Assembly: GCA_964617735.1 (NCBI GenBank)
Contig: CAZTXT010000002.1
Coordinates: 12,536 to 76,535 of the forward strand
Length of the DNA: 64,000 nucleotides
Direction: 5' to 3'
Source of the DNA: an uncultured Candidatus Saccharibacteria bacterium
GTDB taxonomy: Bacteria; Patescibacteriota; Minisyncoccia; Phycocordibacterales; DSPV01
Below are positions 38,042 through 48,188 of the stretch, in pieces (positions within the stretch are counted from its first letter, which is position 1; each line of letters starts with the position of its first letter). The notes beneath the pieces are model-generated. The model ran no database searches. It saw nothing but the letters and a program-made list of their open reading frames with translations, and was not told where the DNA came from. Position numbers and translations under genes: made by a program.

Positions 38042-39505
38042 TTAGGAAGTCTTCAACGTAAAGATATCATGACCATCTTTACGTTCAAGGAATTGGTACT
38101 TACGTGAGAGTATCTCGGCGCCCTCCGCTTCAAACCGATCCGCGGACGGAGAAACGAGTATGTCGGGCAGTGGGTTCTCAAGCAGCGGGTTCACACCGAT
38201 ATCCGGCATACCGGTCAAAGAGAACACCACCGACCGATGTGGGTTTCTCATTTGGGAATACAATCCGACGTCCGACAATATCCCAATGGTTTTCTCGGGG
38301 TATAGCCGATCGAGATAGCGCGCGATCTCGATGGACTCTCTCGATGTATAGATGTCCGCCGAAACAAAAAGCTGGACCAGCTGCACCACGATCAAAAGAC
38401 CCGTCAGCGTAAGCGTTCCGGTCGCGAGCTTGAATTTCCTGAAAAAAGCCGCGCGACGCTGTAAGGTGTGCACCAGAGTTAGGAGCGCATGCGGCACAAT
38501 CAACAGGATGAGCAATTCGGCAATGAGGAGATAGCGGAGCCAGCCTGGACTGCGCAGATAATAGACGAATGCGAACACATTGTAGACAATACAGAAGTCA
38601 TAGAGCAACGCTGTTTCTTTTCTCCGAACAAAGAAACGTGCCGCGATTATAAGCGTCAGCAGAATGGAAAAATAGATAAGCGTCGTCGAAGCGAAAAAAT
38701 GGGCTAAATTTGAGTGTATGTTCGCCCCGATATCCGAACTGTAGGGGTTCCGGTAAAAATTACCGATGCGCGACCAGAAAGCGCTTGAAAAAGGATTGCC
38801 ATTCACCACCGAGAGCCAGAGCAGAGCCGACGGAAGAATCCCGAGCGCAAGCGCGAGCGTTCGGCCGAGAAAACGCCGCGGCTCACGCATCAATACGATG
38901 AGAAGCGCCGGAAGTGCGAGCAAGAACACCGAAGGTTTCGCGGCAATAGAGAATCCCAGCATGATGCCTGCAAGCACCGGAGATTTGCGTTCGAAAAGAA
39001 GATAGAGAGCAAGAGAAAATAACGCGAATCCCGGTATCTCCCCGACTACGGTACGACCATTGGCATAAAAAGACGCGAAGCTCGCGATGAGGGCGACCGA
39101 CAAGAGCGCAAGCGGCGAGTCGAACGATCTGCGTGCAAACATATATGCCGCTACAAGCGCGCAGAGCATCCAGACAAGCATGTATACCCTTGCCAGCGAG
39201 AAATTAAAACCGAATACGCTAAAGAGTAAAGAGAGCGGAGTGGTGACTGGATACCCGGTGGACTGGATGGTCTCGGGATGATCGGTAAACTTCCCGGGCG
39301 CGTATTCAAAATCGAGTATGTGGTTCTTCCCAAAACTCTTCGCAAGTTCGATGCTCACCGCCTCATCGGTCGAAAGCCGAGGTTTGTCGGTTAACGTCGA
39401 AACGGAAAACACTAACACGAAAATGATGATCGCAGCTGCAGCCGCACACTCAAGGCGGCGTCGTCTTTGCAATGAACCGGTACTGATCGATCCTACGTTT
39501 TCCAT
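38042..39505 (-). CDS. GT-C fold polytopic membrane glycosyltransferase (ArnT/PMT GT39/GT83-like)
   Basis: 487 aa with more than 10 predicted TM segments. It is adjacent to a polyprenyl-phosphate sugar synthase. Confidence 0.55.
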   Translation of the reverse strand: MENVGSISTGSLQRRRRLECAAAAAIIIFVLVFSVSTLTDKPRLSTDEAVSIELAKSFGKNHILDFEYAPGKFTDHPETIQSTGYPVTTPLSLLFSVFGFNFSLARVYMLVWMLCALVAAYMFARRSFDSPLALLSVALIASFASFYANGRTVVGEIPGFALFSLALYLLFERKSPVLAGIMLGFSIAAKPSVFLLALPALLIVLMREPRRFLGRTLALALGILPSALLWLSVVNGNPFSSAFWSRIGNFYRNPYSSDIGANIHSNLAHFFASTTLIYFSILLTLIIAARFFVRRKETALLYDFCIVYNVFAFVYYLRSPGWLRYLLIAELLILLIVPHALLTLVHTLQRRAAFFRKFKLATGTLTLTGLLIVVQLVQLFVSADIYTSRESIEIARYLDRLYPEKTIGILSDVGLYSQMRNPHRSVVFSLTGMPDIGVNPLLENPLPDILVSPSADRFEAEGAEILSRKYQFLERKDGHDIFTLKTS

Positions 39506-40242
39506 AATCGTTTCGCGACCCGGCGGTATAAAAATTTAAATGATTCCCAGACCGTCCAAAGGCCGTATTCGATGCTGCGTTTGAGATTTATCGACGATGC
39601 TTCCTTGAAGTACCGTACCGGAACCGGGATATCACCGATCGAGAAACCCTTATCGATGATACCGAAGAGCATCTGGGTATCGAAGATGAAATCGTCCGAA
39701 AACCCTTTGAAGTCGACGGACTCAAGCACCGCTCTACTATATGCGCGCATGCCCGTATGCCATTCGGAAAGATTGCGCCCACTGACAAAATTCTCCCAGA
39801 GGGTCAAGACGCGATTCGCGAAATATTTATAGAGCGGCATACCGCCTTTGAGGGCTTCGCGACGGCTTCTGATGCGACTCCCGAGCATCACATCGAAATG
39901 TCCATCTCGTATGAACTCGACGAAATACCGGACCAACTTCGGATCGTACTGATAATCAGGGTGGAGCATTACCACGATATCGGCGCCGCGTGAGAGCGCA
40001 AGGGAATAACAGGTCTTTTGATTGCCGCCGTAACCCAGATTTTTCTTATGCCGATGTACCGTAAAAGGTTTCGGAAGTGTACGCTTGATCTCTTGGGCAA
40101 CATCCACCGTTGCGTCGTCGCTCCGATCGTCAACCAGAATGAATTCGCTGACAGAATCCATCGGAACATCCGCGATCGTTTTTCCTAAAGTCGCGGCAGC
40201 GTTATAGGCAGGCAGAACTATGATAACGTTGGGTTTAAGCAT
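39493..40242 (-). CDS. GT2 polyprenyl-phosphate sugar synthase (GtrB/DPM1/ArnC-like)
   Basis: VIIVLPAYNAAATL...EFILVDDRSDDATVDVAQEI. The start was set at MLKPNV (40242); the track start is 40323. Confidence 0.75.
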   Translation of the reverse strand: MLKPNVIIVLPAYNAAATLGKTIADVPMDSVSEFILVDDRSDDATVDVAQEIKRTLPKPFTVHRHKKNLGYGGNQKTCYSLALSRGADIVVMLHPDYQYDPKLVRYFVEFIRDGHFDVMLGSRIRSRREALKGGMPLYKYFANRVLTLWENFVSGRNLSEWHTGMRAYSRAVLESVDFKGFSDDFIFDTQMLFGIIDKGFSIGDIPVPVRYFKEASSINLKRSIEYGLWTVWESFKFLYRRVAKRLWKT

Positions 40243-40438
40243 CAAAAAACACTCTACCGTAAAACACGACCTTTTTCCATGTCGCCTGCGAGATGAATGA
40301 AGAGCAAAAAAATCCCACCGCAAGGATACCGCGGTGGGACTCTCGGCCGTCAGTCAATCGACCAAGTCTGAATGTCGAGCATTGCACCCGACACATCGCA
40401 GTGTATCGCTCGGTAAAGAATTGTCAATTGCACGAATT

Positions 40439-41245
40439 TTACCGGTGCCGCTTAGCCAGCAAAGCATGCACGAGCAGATTTCGGCACAGATCCCAGTGAT
40501 ACACGTGCCGCTCCCACTCAAGCGCCCACGGCATGCGCGTACCAGAACAGAAAATGCTATTGCGGACATAACGGAAGATGTAGAGCGCGGAGATCTTAGC
40601 GTTCTCGGCACATACGCCGATCCATTCGATAAACGAGATCGTGGTGCGGCGCGTGATCTCAAGATCAATATAATGTTTCCACTTCTCCCGCCAGATCATA
40701 GGGTCTGAACTGACGGGGACCAACATGAATTGCTTGGTTTTTTGCACAAGTGCATGAGGCTTGATCTGTATACGCTCATGTATCGGCTTTATAAAAGCCA
40801 CGACCGTACTTTTATGGAAGAAACGCATCTGCCATGTCGGATAGGTAGCCGCACAGGAGATCACTTTCCCTTTTATGGTGTAGAGGCGGTTCACCCAATA
40901 CGCCGCAGGTTTATTCAGAGAAACGATAGAGCGGATCTCGGAGATAAGCTGTGGCGTCATCAACTCATCCGAATCAAGAAAGAAAAACCAATCCTGTGTC
41001 GAGGCCGCAAGCGTCTGGTTGCGCACTCCCGCAAAATCGCTGATGCGGCCGGAGGAATCCTGAAAACGCCTCTCTTGCGCGAGAACCCGTGCGCCAGCCT
41101 TCCTCGCGATCTCGACCGTATCATCGGTACTCCCGCCATCGGCAATGATGATCTCTGCAAAGTCCTGCGCCGACGCAAGCGCCGCCGGCAACACTTCAGC
41201 CGAATTGCGCGTCAGTATGGAGAGTGTGCAGGGGATCTTAGGCAT
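40439..41245 (-). CDS. GT2-family glycosyltransferase
   Basis: LSILTRNSAEVLPAALASAQDFAEIIIADGGSTDDT (GT-A fold). The start was set at MPKIP (41245); the track start is 41380. Confidence 0.7.
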   Translation of the reverse strand: MPKIPCTLSILTRNSAEVLPAALASAQDFAEIIIADGGSTDDTVEIARKAGARVLAQERRFQDSSGRISDFAGVRNQTLAASTQDWFFFLDSDELMTPQLISEIRSIVSLNKPAAYWVNRLYTIKGKVISCAATYPTWQMRFFHKSTVVAFIKPIHERIQIKPHALVQKTKQFMLVPVSSDPMIWREKWKHYIDLEITRRTTISFIEWIGVCAENAKISALYIFRYVRNSIFCSGTRMPWALEWERHVYHWDLCRNLLVHALLAKRHR

Positions 41246-42302
41246 GAGCGTGGCGACTATCGTGGCTTTCGGTGAGCACCTTGTACAATTTATCAGAGAG
41301 CTCGGCGAGACTATGGTGCGATACAGAGAGCGTACGCATGTCGCTCCGCGCCTGCTGTTTCTCTTCGCTCGAAAGCGCAAGGAGGGACTCTAGTTTCTGG
41401 GAAAGTGCCTGTATATCATTTTCGGGGAACACGAATCGCTCATCCACAAGTTCACTGAAATCCTTGCTCGATGCAAGCACCATGCACTCGCATGCGGCGG
41501 CCTCGAAGAGCGTTTTGTCGTACATGCCGGAAGGAGAGAGATTCACGAATACTTCGTGTGCGCTGTAGACCCGCGGACCTTCCGTATAGGGTAATCCGGC
41601 AGGAAATTGGACCCTATCGCGCAGGCGAAGCTCATCAGCGCGGCGCTTGAGCATCTCGAAATAATCGGCATCGCGCTCATGGGGAGCGCCATAGAAATCG
41701 GCGGAGAACGCGACGTTGCGTGCATGCAATCGTCCGAGTGCTTCGATCAGAAGCTCCGGACGCTTCGACGGAGCGATACGCGCATAGAATAACACCGAGC
41801 GCGCAACGCGCGCGACCGTGGGGAGGGGTTTGTAAAATTCTACATCGATGCCGACCGGCATGAGTATCGTCTTACGATACCGTGCAGTGTATGAGAATTT
41901 CGAGGTGCAGAAGACATTCGTGCAAAAAAGTGCGGCGATTTTGGTCAGCACCGAACCCGCGTAATGATTGCGCCAGAGGTAAATTTTCTTACGGATGAGC
42001 TTCCAGAAAAGTCCTCCCAGAAGGACGTACTCTTGATTCATGTGCACGAGAACCGCGTCGTAGAGATGTTGTTTCGAAAAGACGGCGCGGTAGAAATTCC
42101 AAAGGTATTTGAGCCTCGATTTTCCTTCTTCTTTGCCTAGCGATACCACCGAGACATTGGCGGGCACTCGCACCTCTCCGCGTTCAAGGCAGATCACCAC
42201 TATCGATTCGAAATTCTGTGCGAATTCCGATACCCAGCGGTTCATGAACCCAAGTACGCTGTCACGAGCGTCCATTTTCTGCGTGATGATCAGAAGCCGC
42301 AT
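41238..42302 (-). CDS. GT4-like glycosyltransferase
   Basis: GT-B-like architecture with a C-terminal FPENDIQALSQKL region. The assignment is moderate. Confidence 0.6.
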   Translation of the reverse strand: MRLLIITQKMDARDSVLGFMNRWVSEFAQNFESIVVICLERGEVRVPANVSVVSLGKEEGKSRLKYLWNFYRAVFSKQHLYDAVLVHMNQEYVLLGGLFWKLIRKKIYLWRNHYAGSVLTKIAALFCTNVFCTSKFSYTARYRKTILMPVGIDVEFYKPLPTVARVARSVLFYARIAPSKRPELLIEALGRLHARNVAFSADFYGAPHERDADYFEMLKRRADELRLRDRVQFPAGLPYTEGPRVYSAHEVFVNLSPSGMYDKTLFEAAACECMVLASSKDFSELVDERFVFPENDIQALSQKLESLLALSSEEKQQARSDMRTLSVSHHSLAELSDKLYKVLTESHDSRHAHA

Positions 42303-42305
42303 GAA

Positions 42306-43025
42306 TTATGAGAAGATATTAAAACGAACGATATGCCAGAATGCCGCGATGCCATCCCTCCAGCCGATCTTTTTCCCTTGTTTGTAAGTGCGGCCATGAT
42401 AGGAGATCCCGACTTCATACACGCGATAGGATTTGATCCGCGCGGTGATCTCGGGTTCAATGCCGAACCGGGTCGAGACGAGCTTTTCCTTGATGGCATC
42501 GACCACCATCCGACTGAACATCTTATAGCCCGTCTCCATATCGGTGAGATTGAGGTTCGTGAACATATTTGAAACCGTCGTCAATAGACGATTGCCGAAA
42601 TAATGCCAGAAATAAAGGACTCGATGCGGCGCGGCGCTGATGAATCGGGATCCGAAAACCACATCTGCAGTTCCCTCAAGGATCGGTGAGAGCATAGCGG
42701 ACCAGTCCCGAGGGTCGTATTCCAGATCGGCATCTTGGATCACTACGACATCACCCGTGGCGAGCTTGAGACCGTCCCTCACTGAAGTACCCTTCCCTTG
42801 ATTCTCCACGTGTCGCATGCCGACGACACGCTGCATCCACCCCGAGATGATCGCGGGAGTCGCATCGTTCGATGCGTCGTCGACGACAATGACCTCCCGA
42901 CCGAAACCGTCCGGTAGCGGTGTGGAAAAGACCCGCTGCAAGAGCCGATCTAAGGTCTCGGCTTCGTTGTAAACGGGGATAACGACGGAGAGAGTGCGGC
43001 TCCGACTGCGCGTGGTTTTCTCCAT
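42306..43025 (-). CDS. GT2 polyprenyl-phosphate sugar synthase (GtrB/DPM1-like)
   Basis: LSVVIPVYNEAETL...VIVVDDASNDAT...VVIQDADLEYDP is the classic Dpm1/GtrB pattern. Confidence 0.75.
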   Translation of the reverse strand: MEKTTRSRSRTLSVVIPVYNEAETLDRLLQRVFSTPLPDGFGREVIVVDDASNDATPAIISGWMQRVVGMRHVENQGKGTSVRDGLKLATGDVVVIQDADLEYDPRDWSAMLSPILEGTADVVFGSRFISAAPHRVLYFWHYFGNRLLTTVSNMFTNLNLTDMETGYKMFSRMVVDAIKEKLVSTRFGIEPEITARIKSYRVYEVGISYHGRTYKQGKKIGWRDGIAAFWHIVRFNIFS

Positions 43026-44371
43026 AGCAGCCTCATACTAGCGAAAAAGCCAGCCGATGCCAAGATAAACAAAAAAGGAGACGCCGGAATGCGAAAGCGC
43101 GCATAGGCGACCGGACCGGTGACCGCCGCGAAATAGAGAACGATCAGGAACAGAAAAGTGATCTCCCGAAACCTAACGCGCCCCAGTAGAGCGATGAACG
43201 CGAGGAGCAGTAGAGCGCACAGAATGATCTGCTCCGTTGTGCTGACGGGATTGGCGCGTAAATAGTGCACGACGCCGGCGACATCACCGCGCAGAAGCAA
43301 ATTGGTGAGATTGACCGATTTCTGCGGAAAAACCGCCGCGCCCGCTATGTCATTGTATGTCGCAAAGAAGTTATCCAAACTGCTCGAGAAAAAGAACGGC
43401 AGAGTCTTGACGGCATAAAACTCCGCGAAATGGAGCGGATCGCGGACGATATAGCCGAGAGCGACGTGCGTCAGTTGAGCGCTGTACGCAAGATCGGCGT
43501 AACCGCTTAAGGGAACCGGTGCCTCATTCTGCAAACGCAGACGCCCTTGATCCGGCGTGATATGGTCGCGATAAGAAAGGAATTCCGGCACGGTGTAGTG
43601 AAAAAGATTGAATGCAGAGACAGAGGAAACGCCCCAGACGCCGCTTACCACGCGGTTGCGGGCAATCCACGGCATCAGCACAGCTGAGAATGATAAGAGG
43701 AGCAATAAGACCGAGAGAGCGGCGCGGCGAACGAATTCCGCGCCGCTCATCGCCTCTCGCACGACAATATAGAGCGCGAAGATCAAGGGCAAATACAAAG
43801 ATACGGGTTTAATGAGCACTGAGAGCGCGAGCAAAACTCCTGACACGAACTCGGGAGAGAAGACCCGGGGGCGGACGATGATCACGTAGGTCGCCAGGGT
43901 CAAGAAGAATACGTGCGGGATTTCAGAGAGGATCACGAGCGCATGATAGATGGTATTGGGATCGATCAAAAAAAGTACGGATGCGACTGCGCCGACTGGA
44001 GATGAGAAAAGAAATCGTCCGAGGGAAAATAAGAGCACAGCGGTCAGATACACCAACAGTATCTGCAGAAGCGGGAAATAGGTGTACGAACCAAACACAC
44101 TCTTCCAGAGAGCGAGCATAAAAGGATAGCCCGGGGTGCGAAATGTTTCGTGTTCGCCTCGCTCGTGCCCGAAATTGCCATGGGTAAGCCAATTATCGGC
44201 AAGCGAGACGAATCCAGAAGAATCAGAGCCGTAAACGGGTAGCGTCTCAACAACTCCCCGATCCGCTTCTACGCCCGATAGACTACGAGTATATAAAAAT
44301 GCCGGCGTATAGACGAGGGCGCTTAGCAGAGCAAGCGCAAGCGCGGCTTTAACGGTGGGATTGAATGTCAC
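42950..44371 (-). CDS. GT-C fold polytopic membrane glycosyltransferase (GT39/GT83-like)
   Basis: 473 aa with multiple TM segments. It is flanked by GtrA-like and GtrB-like genes. Confidence 0.55.
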   Translation of the reverse strand: MTFNPTVKAALALALLSALVYTPAFLYTRSLSGVEADRGVVETLPVYGSDSSGFVSLADNWLTHGNFGHERGEHETFRTPGYPFMLALWKSVFGSYTYFPLLQILLVYLTAVLLFSLGRFLFSSPVGAVASVLFLIDPNTIYHALVILSEIPHVFFLTLATYVIIVRPRVFSPEFVSGVLLALSVLIKPVSLYLPLIFALYIVVREAMSGAEFVRRAALSVLLLLLSFSAVLMPWIARNRVVSGVWGVSSVSAFNLFHYTVPEFLSYRDHITPDQGRLRLQNEAPVPLSGYADLAYSAQLTHVALGYIVRDPLHFAEFYAVKTLPFFFSSSLDNFFATYNDIAGAAVFPQKSVNLTNLLLRGDVAGVVHYLRANPVSTTEQIILCALLLLAFIALLGRVRFREITFLFLIVLYFAAVTGPVAYARFRIPASPFLFILASAGFFASMRLLWRKPRAVGAALSPSLSPFTTKPRP

Positions 44372-44850
44372 GATATCGGCGGTTGATTTTGTCGGATAAA
44401 AACGTAGCGACGATAGAGTATGAAACTCTCAATCGCGATCAAAATGCTCGCGATCAACTGCGAAAGCAGGTACCAGAGCCCCAAAATATCGACGCAGACA
44501 TACACAAGCGCGGTATTGATGCCAATATTCATTATGGATATGGCGAAATAAACGATCATCTGCCGATGCACCATCGTCAGGCTCGTATAACCGAACGTAA
44601 AGAATTTCTGCAGGAAAAAACTCGTCACGTATCCGATAAGAACCGCGAGCACCGACGCGACGAGATAATAAAGATGGGCTATTTCGACTAAAAAAGCGAG
44701 AGAGAACAGATTCGCCGCCGCACCCATGCTTCCGGAAAAGACATATTTGATATAGATGCGATAGCGATAGGTCAGATCATGCAGATCGGGGTGGAACCAT
44801 TTGAAACCACTCCACCAGAAGCGTTTTAATTTTTCGTATACGGACATCAT
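44368..44850 (-). CDS. GtrA-family small membrane protein (putative polyprenyl-P-sugar flippase)
   Basis: 160 aa with four TM segments. YIKYVFSGSMGAAANLFSLAFLVEIAHLYYLVASVLA matches the GtrA-like family pattern. Confidence 0.7.
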   Translation of the reverse strand: MMSVYEKLKRFWWSGFKWFHPDLHDLTYRYRIYIKYVFSGSMGAAANLFSLAFLVEIAHLYYLVASVLAVLIGYVTSFFLQKFFTFGYTSLTMVHRQMIVYFAISIMNIGINTALVYVCVDILGLWYLLSQLIASILIAIESFILYRRYVFIRQNQPPIS

Positions 44851-45986
44851 CGACGCAACAATCCTGCAATGCTCTGATAATAGAGCTTCCCATACGCATC
44901 CTCTGGAATGAGTAACTGTTGAGCCTGCGATCGAAGCGCGGCTCCGTAAGAGAGCCGGAGATCTTCGTCATCGATGAGCTCCGCAAGAGCGCGCGCAAGG
45001 CATTCAACATCTCCGACCGGACAAATGAATCGCTCATAGGAAGCAGGAATTAGTTCGCGGATGATGCCCACGTCCGTGCTGACAATCGGCTTCGCATGAG
45101 CCGCCGCTTCGAGGAGGACTAGGCCATAGCCTTCGAAACGCGAGGTGGCGAGCACGATATCGGCTTCGCGGTAGAGCGATGAAAGCTTGGTTTGCCAGGG
45201 TTTATATTGAACATCCTTCTCTAATCTTAATGCTTTAACCTCCCGCATGATCAGCCCCTCTTCCGGGCCTTCTCCGACAATAAGAAGTTCTGCATGCCCT
45301 GTGCGCTCCCGCGCCTTCGCAAAAGTCCGAAGCAAAACCGGAAAATCTTTTTCTCGGGCAAAACGTCCTAGGGAAAGCACTCGAGGCGAGCGGCGCGAGT
45401 TTAGTTTGGCGGAAGGCGGCTCGGAGAGGCTCTCGAGAGCCTGACGAGCAAAGACCGGCAATACAACGATGGGGGTGCTCGCGGCGGGCACGATCGTGCG
45501 CACTGCTTCAGCAACCCGGCGACTCACTGCCCTGATGCCCGAGGCTTTACGTAAGACATGCCGAGCAATACGAACCCGCATTCGATTAAGCCAGAAAACG
45601 CGGAGAAACTCGGGGTTCAAAAGATCAGTGTGCACCTGAACCTGCAGTGGTATATTGCTTTTGCGGCAAACGAGCAATCCGGCCAAACCGCACTCGAACG
45701 GATCTTGGACGGTAACGACCGAGTTCTCTCCGTTCATCCCGCGCTGCGCGATGAGCGCGCGAGCGAGCGACACGCTGTCCTTGATGTAGAGCGCACGCGA
45801 AAACGAATTGGTCGGATAGAGCCAGAGATTCCCTAACTGCTGCGCTTTAAAGCCTTCTTCCATGCGGCAGAAGACGATCACGTGCAGTTCGTCGAAGAGA
45901 GCGCTTTGTTTGAGCAGCCGCTCGCGCACCGCGCTTCCCTCTTCGAACACTTTTCGGTCAGTACCAATAGAGATCACATGTATCAT
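44847..45986 (-). CDS. GT4-family glycosyltransferase
   Basis: GT-B fold with a C-terminal EGYGLVLLEAAAHAKPIVSTDVG block. Confidence 0.75.
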   Translation of the reverse strand: MIHVISIGTDRKVFEEGSAVRERLLKQSALFDELHVIVFCRMEEGFKAQQLGNLWLYPTNSFSRALYIKDSVSLARALIAQRGMNGENSVVTVQDPFECGLAGLLVCRKSNIPLQVQVHTDLLNPEFLRVFWLNRMRVRIARHVLRKASGIRAVSRRVAEAVRTIVPAASTPIVVLPVFARQALESLSEPPSAKLNSRRSPRVLSLGRFAREKDFPVLLRTFAKARERTGHAELLIVGEGPEEGLIMREVKALRLEKDVQYKPWQTKLSSLYREADIVLATSRFEGYGLVLLEAAAHAKPIVSTDVGIIRELIPASYERFICPVGDVECLARALAELIDDEDLRLSYGAALRSQAQQLLIPEDAYGKLYYQSIAGLLRR

Positions 45987-48151
45987 GATTGCTTGAACTG
46001 TTCGATAAACTCTCCGGCGATCTGCTTCCAGGTGTGGGTAAAATCGAATTCCCTGAGTTTTTTAAGATACCCTTCGTATTGCCTATCATCCGCAAGGGCT
46101 AAGAATGCGGCAGTGATCTCATCCTCCTGTAGAGGGTCTACCACGATCCCCAATCCGCCGACACGGTTGAGGATCCCACAGTATTTAGTAAGAATAAAGG
46201 GCTTCTCATATTGTATGGCCTCCGCAATAAAATTCGGCGAAACGTCTGAAAGCGACGGCAGCACCGCTGCATAACAATGCGCTATCCGATGCATCAGTTC
46301 CTCATGGGGCACAGACAGAAACTCAAGCGCGATCGAGGGATTCTTCACCCGCGCCCTCTCAAACGCTGCCTTTAGATGATCGAGATTCTTGATTTTTATC
46401 GGACGCCCGACCCATATAAAATTCTTCGCCTGCTGCTTTTGAGTGGAAGATTTGCTGCCGTAAAAATTCTCGATGACGGCAGTCTTTCTAACATCAAGAC
46501 GATAGGGCTCTTTCCATAGTTCACGCTGCCATGCAGTGTTGAATGCAAGCCGATGATAGTGAGGAAAAGAAGATCGAATCAACCAAAACACGAGCCTTTC
46601 TTTAAGTGTCATGCTCCGTCGCATCGAATAAAATTCCGGGAGTGGGATTTCTGCTCCGGTTCTCTGTACGTACTGTTCCCACAAGAAATCCCCGCCGATA
46701 CGAGCGATCACTTTTCTGCGCATGAGACGGGCGGCGAATACCGTCGGAAGTCCAACCGAGAGAGTGTCGAGCGAGAGCGCATAATCGCAAAGATACAAGG
46801 GGAACAACAAACGCAGAACGTATATGAGATGCTTTATCCCCGAAGGAAGACGCGAGTTTAGGTACACAACGACACTCACTGAATAGCCTTTGTCGATAAA
46901 GCTATCACGCAAGTTTTTTGCGTATTTCGCTTGACTACCGACACCGGGAGGATAGAAACCGGTTGCTATGAGCACGCGCCGGTATTCTCCATTCCATAAT
47001 GGCTCGAATGCTTCCCGATGCATCCGATCGGCGATTGCATCCCAATCGTAGCGCTCCTTCACCCTCTGTCGCGCCTCGTCGATGATACCCCGCCGCAATT
47101 CGCTGTCGCGCATTAGGGTCTGGATCTTGAGCGCCAAGTCGCGCGGGTCATTCACTCCACAGAAAAGCCCTGTTTTCTTGTCTTCGAGAAAATCGGTGAT
47201 GCCACCGACCGGAGTCGCGATGACGGGCACCCCCGCCGCCATGGCTTCTATAAAAGAGATACCGAAACCTTCCGACGAGGAAGGTCGAGCGAAAACATCC
47301 GCGGCCGCGAGATATTCGGGAATCCATTCATTCTCGACATTCCCCGCGAACACCACTCGGTCAGAGACCCCGAGCTTTGCGGTAAGGCGTTTAAGTTCCT
47401 GTTCGAGTTCTCCCGATCCTGCGATGAGAAGCTTGAATTCCTTCGGTAAAGCAGCCACGGCACGGATGCAGTCATCAACGCGGTTCTTCGCGACGAGGCG
47501 CGAAACCGTGATCACTACCCAATCATGCGCGGAAAATCCGAATTCTTTGCGCCGGCGCGCGCGGGCACCAGGACCACTGTGTTCCGAGAAGAACCTCACG
47601 TCCACACCGTTAGGGATCAGCACGATCGGAGTAGCAGAACTAGTGCGCCGCGCGCGCGCTTCTAAATATCTGCTAATGACCGTAATGCGATCAGAGACTT
47701 TGAAAACGAGGACATGCCATGGCCTTATGAAAAGAGAGTACAAAAATTCATTGCCGAAGGCATAGCGGGCCAGATGTGCCTCTTCATCACCTTCTTGGAG
47801 CGTGAGCAGAAGCGGGAGATGTCGGTAAAAAATCTTGAAGAACGCGGCGGCAACGGAAGCCTGACTTGCCATCATGGACCAGAGTAGATTGTACTTTCTT
47901 TGACGATGGAGCACGTATGCCTTAAGAAACCCGAATATCGGCAAAAGAAATTTATCGATTTTCGCACCTACTCCTACCCGATGCACCAAAATCCGTCCGA
48001 TTCTCTCGGACGGCGGCAACTGCACGCTCAAACGCGCCGTGAGCACCTCAAATTCGATCTCCGGCAGACGTTCCGCAATCTCCTTTATGGCAAGCTCCGC
48101 CCCGCCTATGTTCGGCAGGAAATTCGTTGAAAATACAAGGATTTTCTTCAC
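45983..48151 (-). CDS. tandem double-domain GT4 glycosyltransferase (722 aa)
   Basis: There are two complete GT-B units. The first is KILVFSTNFLPNIGGAEL... with EGFGISFIEAMAAGVPVIATPVGG. The second is RRVLIATGFYPPGVGSQAKY... with a C-terminal GT core. Confidence 0.7.
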   Translation of the reverse strand: MKKILVFSTNFLPNIGGAELAIKEIAERLPEIEFEVLTARLSVQLPPSERIGRILVHRVGVGAKIDKFLLPIFGFLKAYVLHRQRKYNLLWSMMASQASVAAAFFKIFYRHLPLLLTLQEGDEEAHLARYAFGNEFLYSLFIRPWHVLVFKVSDRITVISRYLEARARRTSSATPIVLIPNGVDVRFFSEHSGPGARARRRKEFGFSAHDWVVITVSRLVAKNRVDDCIRAVAALPKEFKLLIAGSGELEQELKRLTAKLGVSDRVVFAGNVENEWIPEYLAAADVFARPSSSEGFGISFIEAMAAGVPVIATPVGGITDFLEDKKTGLFCGVNDPRDLALKIQTLMRDSELRRGIIDEARQRVKERYDWDAIADRMHREAFEPLWNGEYRRVLIATGFYPPGVGSQAKYAKNLRDSFIDKGYSVSVVVYLNSRLPSGIKHLIYVLRLLFPLYLCDYALSLDTLSVGLPTVFAARLMRRKVIARIGGDFLWEQYVQRTGAEIPLPEFYSMRRSMTLKERLVFWLIRSSFPHYHRLAFNTAWQRELWKEPYRLDVRKTAVIENFYGSKSSTQKQQAKNFIWVGRPIKIKNLDHLKAAFERARVKNPSIALEFLSVPHEELMHRIAHCYAAVLPSLSDVSPNFIAEAIQYEKPFILTKYCGILNRVGGLGIVVDPLQEDEITAAFLALADDRQYEGYLKKLREFDFTHTWKQIAGEFIEQFKQS

Positions 48152-48188
48152 CCGTCTATATTAGGCCAAAAATGGCTTAGATTCAACA

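Noticed and set aside
42950-43025. 76-nt overlap between the GT-C gene 3' end and the GtrB-like GT2 start, considered as a possible frameshift or pseudogene
   Set aside because: Both ORFs are full length with intact motifs, and the GT2 has no alternative in-frame ATG. The overlap was kept as real or as use of a non-ATG start, and no pseudogene was called.
47082-47765. 227-aa plus-strand ORF
   Set aside because: It is antisense to the 722-aa double-GT4 gene, with a Ser/Arg/Pro-rich low-complexity translation.
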